From assembly GCA_010093815.1 (NCBI GenBank), contig ML996580.1: a DNA stretch of 64,000 nucleotides, one strand, 5' to 3'. Under the pieces are notes generated by a model. The model saw only the letters and a list, made by a program, of their open reading frames with translations. It made no database searches and had not been told where the DNA came from. The stretch's first letter is position 1. Every line of letters begins with the position of its first letter. Positions 60,801 through 64,000 of this stretch are shown here, piece by piece. The position numbers and the translations under genes were made by a program. The DNA comes from Pseudovirgaria hyperparasitica (Eukaryota).

Positions 60801-63800
60801 TGTGGAAGGCCGCTCCTACAGCCCCACATGTATGTATCCCTAGCTCGATTACATAGCTTTATTATATATTTAAGGAGGGCGTTTTCCTTAGTCATTCTAC
60901 TCGGCGCGCTTCCCCCATTACTAATATTCGACTATTCGACCTTTTCTTACGTTTATAGGCCTCTATAGGTATTAATTATTAGGCTTAGCTATTAAAGAAT
61001 TAATTAAGAGTATTATATAGACCCGTCCTATTATAAAAGAGAACTAATAAGAAGTCGTGCGTTTAAAGAGAACTTATAATACCTAGGAGAGATACTTATA
61101 AGTTCATCGCGACTACTATACTAGAAACATAGCTATTTATAAAAGGGATACACGTGGTAATAGCTTACTATAATTTTAGAGGTCGTACCCGGACTACGAA
61201 CTTATAGAGGGAGATTAGGACTCCGAAACTAGCTTAGGGGAAGTATATAGCGTGCCTAATAAGGTAGTCTAGACTTACTAGATCGAAGCCACGAGTCTAG
61301 AAAACAGGGAGTCCGGAGTTACTAGGGGCTAGCCTCTTAAAAGTAGCCATAAAAAGTATATGCATGCTAACACGGGTAATAGCGCGACTCGAAAATGTCT
61401 TAGGGGAATAGAATATAAAACAGGGCTAGATAAAGTAGTAAAGAAGAGTTCAAAAACGACAAATATAATCTATTTAGTACTACCATAGCTATTATTTATA
61501 AACACGGCCATACGAGTATACCACTTTAGGAACGCCTTATATAAAGATAATAATATAAGTAGGATACTATAAACCTTATATCGATAAAGATAATAGTAAT
61601 AGTTTACCTTATAAAGGGATTAGTTAACATGGAGAAGGGATAATAGGTATTATAGATAGACGCATTAGGCTAACCTTTAGTTAAGGTAATCCCTTAACTA
61701 ATAACCTTACCCCTAGCGTCTCTACTAGTATATCTACTACTAGTAATAGTATAATAGAAGCTTAAAATAATAATCTAGTAACTCGTAGAGAGATACTTAA
61801 CTTCTTCGTAGTATTTACGCAATAAGGAAGGATAGTACCTCTATCTACCCTAGCCCCTAAGCGCTTTAAAGGAATAAATATCACGACCTTCCTTCGGAAG
61901 TACGAGGACATATATATAAACTACGAAGTTCCGCCTAATAAGAAGATAACCTCCCTACCGTTATACTACGAGGACTATCTCCGTCCTACTATTAAAGAAA
62001 TAAGTAGGTTTTAGAAATAGTAGTAGGCTATACTACGTGAAGAATTATTAAAGGAATTCTCTCTATTTAACTCTACCCTTAAGGAAGGCACTATCTACTT
62101 TATCCAAAAATACGTGGAAATAGTTAAAGTAGACCTATCCTACTCTCTCCCTATATACTACTCCCGGTATCGTATTATTACGGAGAAACTTACGGCTAAA
62201 GGAAGCCTAAGCTCGTATTCGCGAATAGAGCTCTTCCTAGAAGGGCTGTCTAATAGTCTTAAGGCTCGGGCTATAGAGAAATATTAACTCACGATAGAAG
62301 CATATAGTTATGACTAGGTAATTATCTATGGCTTCGTATCACGAAAGGCTAGAGTACTTAAGGAACTAGCTCGTATTAATAAGTACTTAGCCGTATAAGA
62401 GCTAGCCATAGCTATATACTATAAATTAAAGATAGGGAGTAAGAAGACCGGCTTAGAAGAGTAGTCACATAAAGAAAGAAGAACTAATGAATTTAACCAC
62501 CCCTCTCTAGTCGTAGTACACGTCGCGCTAGAATCGGATAAGTTTAACGAGATAGTAGAGAGATTTAGTAAACTAGACCTCACGTTAATTAAGATAAAGT
62601 CCTACTTTACCTCTAATCTCTTATTTCTATCCCTTAAGAAGTATAAACCTAAGCTACTTTTAGCTATTATTAACTAGTAGACGCAAAGGCTAAATCTTTT
62701 AGTACATCCCTAAGTATAAGGCATGCCTATAGAACTAACGTAAGTTTATCTATAGAATTATATATAGAATAGAGAATATATCTCTACCCGAGACTCCTAA
62801 GGAGGTATTATAGCCTAGAATAGGCCTCGAAGACTAATCGTGTGCATTACGTACGGAGGAGATTACCTAATATATAGATGTCCGGAGATAGTAGGATACA
62901 TTAGAGACGGATTACTAAATATTAACGGGGTACGAGTATTCTAAGGGCGTTTCAGGGCGAACGGAGAAGAAATCCTATTACTACCCTCCTCGGTAGGGCT
63001 ATAAGCTACTCTATAAGCTATCCGGAACTACGTAGTAATAGTTTAAAACGGCCTAAGCTAGTACGGAGAAGGAGTAAAGGTTTCTATATCCGTAGTAAAT
63101 ATTAACGCTTTATAGAGAGTGCCGGTATATAGTATTAGTATAAAACCTACGAAGGGTCTCTACCAGGCCTCGGCGGATAGTAATTTAGAAGAAGAAGTTA
63201 CGTCACCTAAGAGTAAGAAAGATAGATATATAGAATTCCACGAACGCTTTAACGTAGCTAGTAATAGATATATCCACGAGAAGATAGCCCTAGAAGAGCC
63301 CGCTATACTCGTAATATCTAGAAGGGGGATCACGAAGAGTATACCTAATTATACTAAAGAAAGAAAGATCGCCCGTCTCCGCGGAATACGTAAAGAGTAG
63401 TATATAAGGATTATTAAGGAATAGAAGGACGGCGAGAAGAGTAGCGACTAGGGAACGTCTAAATAAGAGCCAACAGCGCTAGAGGATAAGATAGATAAAG
63501 GAGATAGCCTAAATCCTAGTTAAAAGGCACGTATCTAAGGCGTTAAGCTTAATAACTATCTACACGAAGAATAGTAGCTAAGTATAGAAGCTAGCGAAGC
63601 ATGGCTAGTACGCGTTCTAGGGATAACTATAAACATTACTATTAGCGAACTATTAAGCCTTAATAGCGACTTATATTGTACGGTATTCGAGAAGGGCGCC
63701 CCCGACTTTATAGCTAGAGAGATCCGCGAGGCTTAAGAAGAGAAAGCCGAGAAGAAAGAAAGAAATAACTATACTATGGCTTCTAAGATAAATAAACTTA

Positions 63801-64000
63801 ACGTATTAGCACCCCTCTATGCCATAGAGACGGCCATTATATAATAAGATATTAATTAGCTTAAGGAAGGGATAGTAAGGCTAGTGGCCGAGTATCTAAG
63901 GTACCCCGTGGAAGTTAGTCCTAAAAGAGTAACTAGTATAGTACTATTCGATAGTAGCGCATAGGTAAATAGCATTTAACTAGATGCTACGAGGCGTCTT
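60801..64000 (+). mobile_element. LTR retrotransposon B (probably Ty3/gypsy), RIP-mutated, running off the window
   Basis: Starts TGTGGAAGGC; LTR ends at 60917 or 60967; gag PKRFxGxNITTFLRKYED..LPLYC at about 61860; Cys/His knuckle CxxCxxxHxxxxC at 62843-62881; protease-like FDS(G)AQVN at 63950 after de-RIP. Confidence 0.75.

Noticed and set aside
63119..63400. 93-aa ORF in the track
   Set aside because: It is a stop-free remnant of retroelement B gag-pol, not an independent gene.
1..64000. tRNA, rRNA, CRISPR arrays and the many antisense or overlapping ORFs in the track
   Set aside because: No cloverleaf, rRNA or repeat-spacer pattern was seen by eye and the DNA is eukaryotic. The shadow ORFs overlap well-supported genes and lack motifs.

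Overview
Gene-dense, intron-containing DNA from a filamentous ascomycete. The gene style and RIP suggest Pezizomycotina, possibly a Dothideomycete, but the sequence alone cannot prove this. Positions 1-57.3 kb hold about 28 genes. Housekeeping genes: CHM7, cnxE/gephyrin, VMA16, TOA2, POP5, FIG4, KEI1, SYF1, VMA8, U1A/U2B''-like, CCA1, TRS85, SUV3, SEC1. Nutritional genes: GAT-1-like uronate transporter, DUF2264/GH154, GH125, S53 peptidase, PL4 rhamnogalacturonan lyase, flavin amine oxidase and SSADH. From about 58.2 kb to the window end is an AT/TpA-rich, RIP-mutated nest of transposons: an IS3EU-like DDE DNA transposon carrying a solo LTR with a clean 5-bp TSD and two successively nested LTR retroelements. 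Most notable: (1) the CCA-adding enzyme reads in frame into a Tti2-like (TTT co-chaperone) domain as one ~969-aa protein; (2) two divergent catabolic gene pairs, uronate transporter + GH154 and amine oxidase + SSADH; (3) an otherwise intact MFS gene with a single in-frame TAG; (4) an orphan spliced gene with a D-box and CDK sites. All family calls come from motif recognition by eye; no searches were run.
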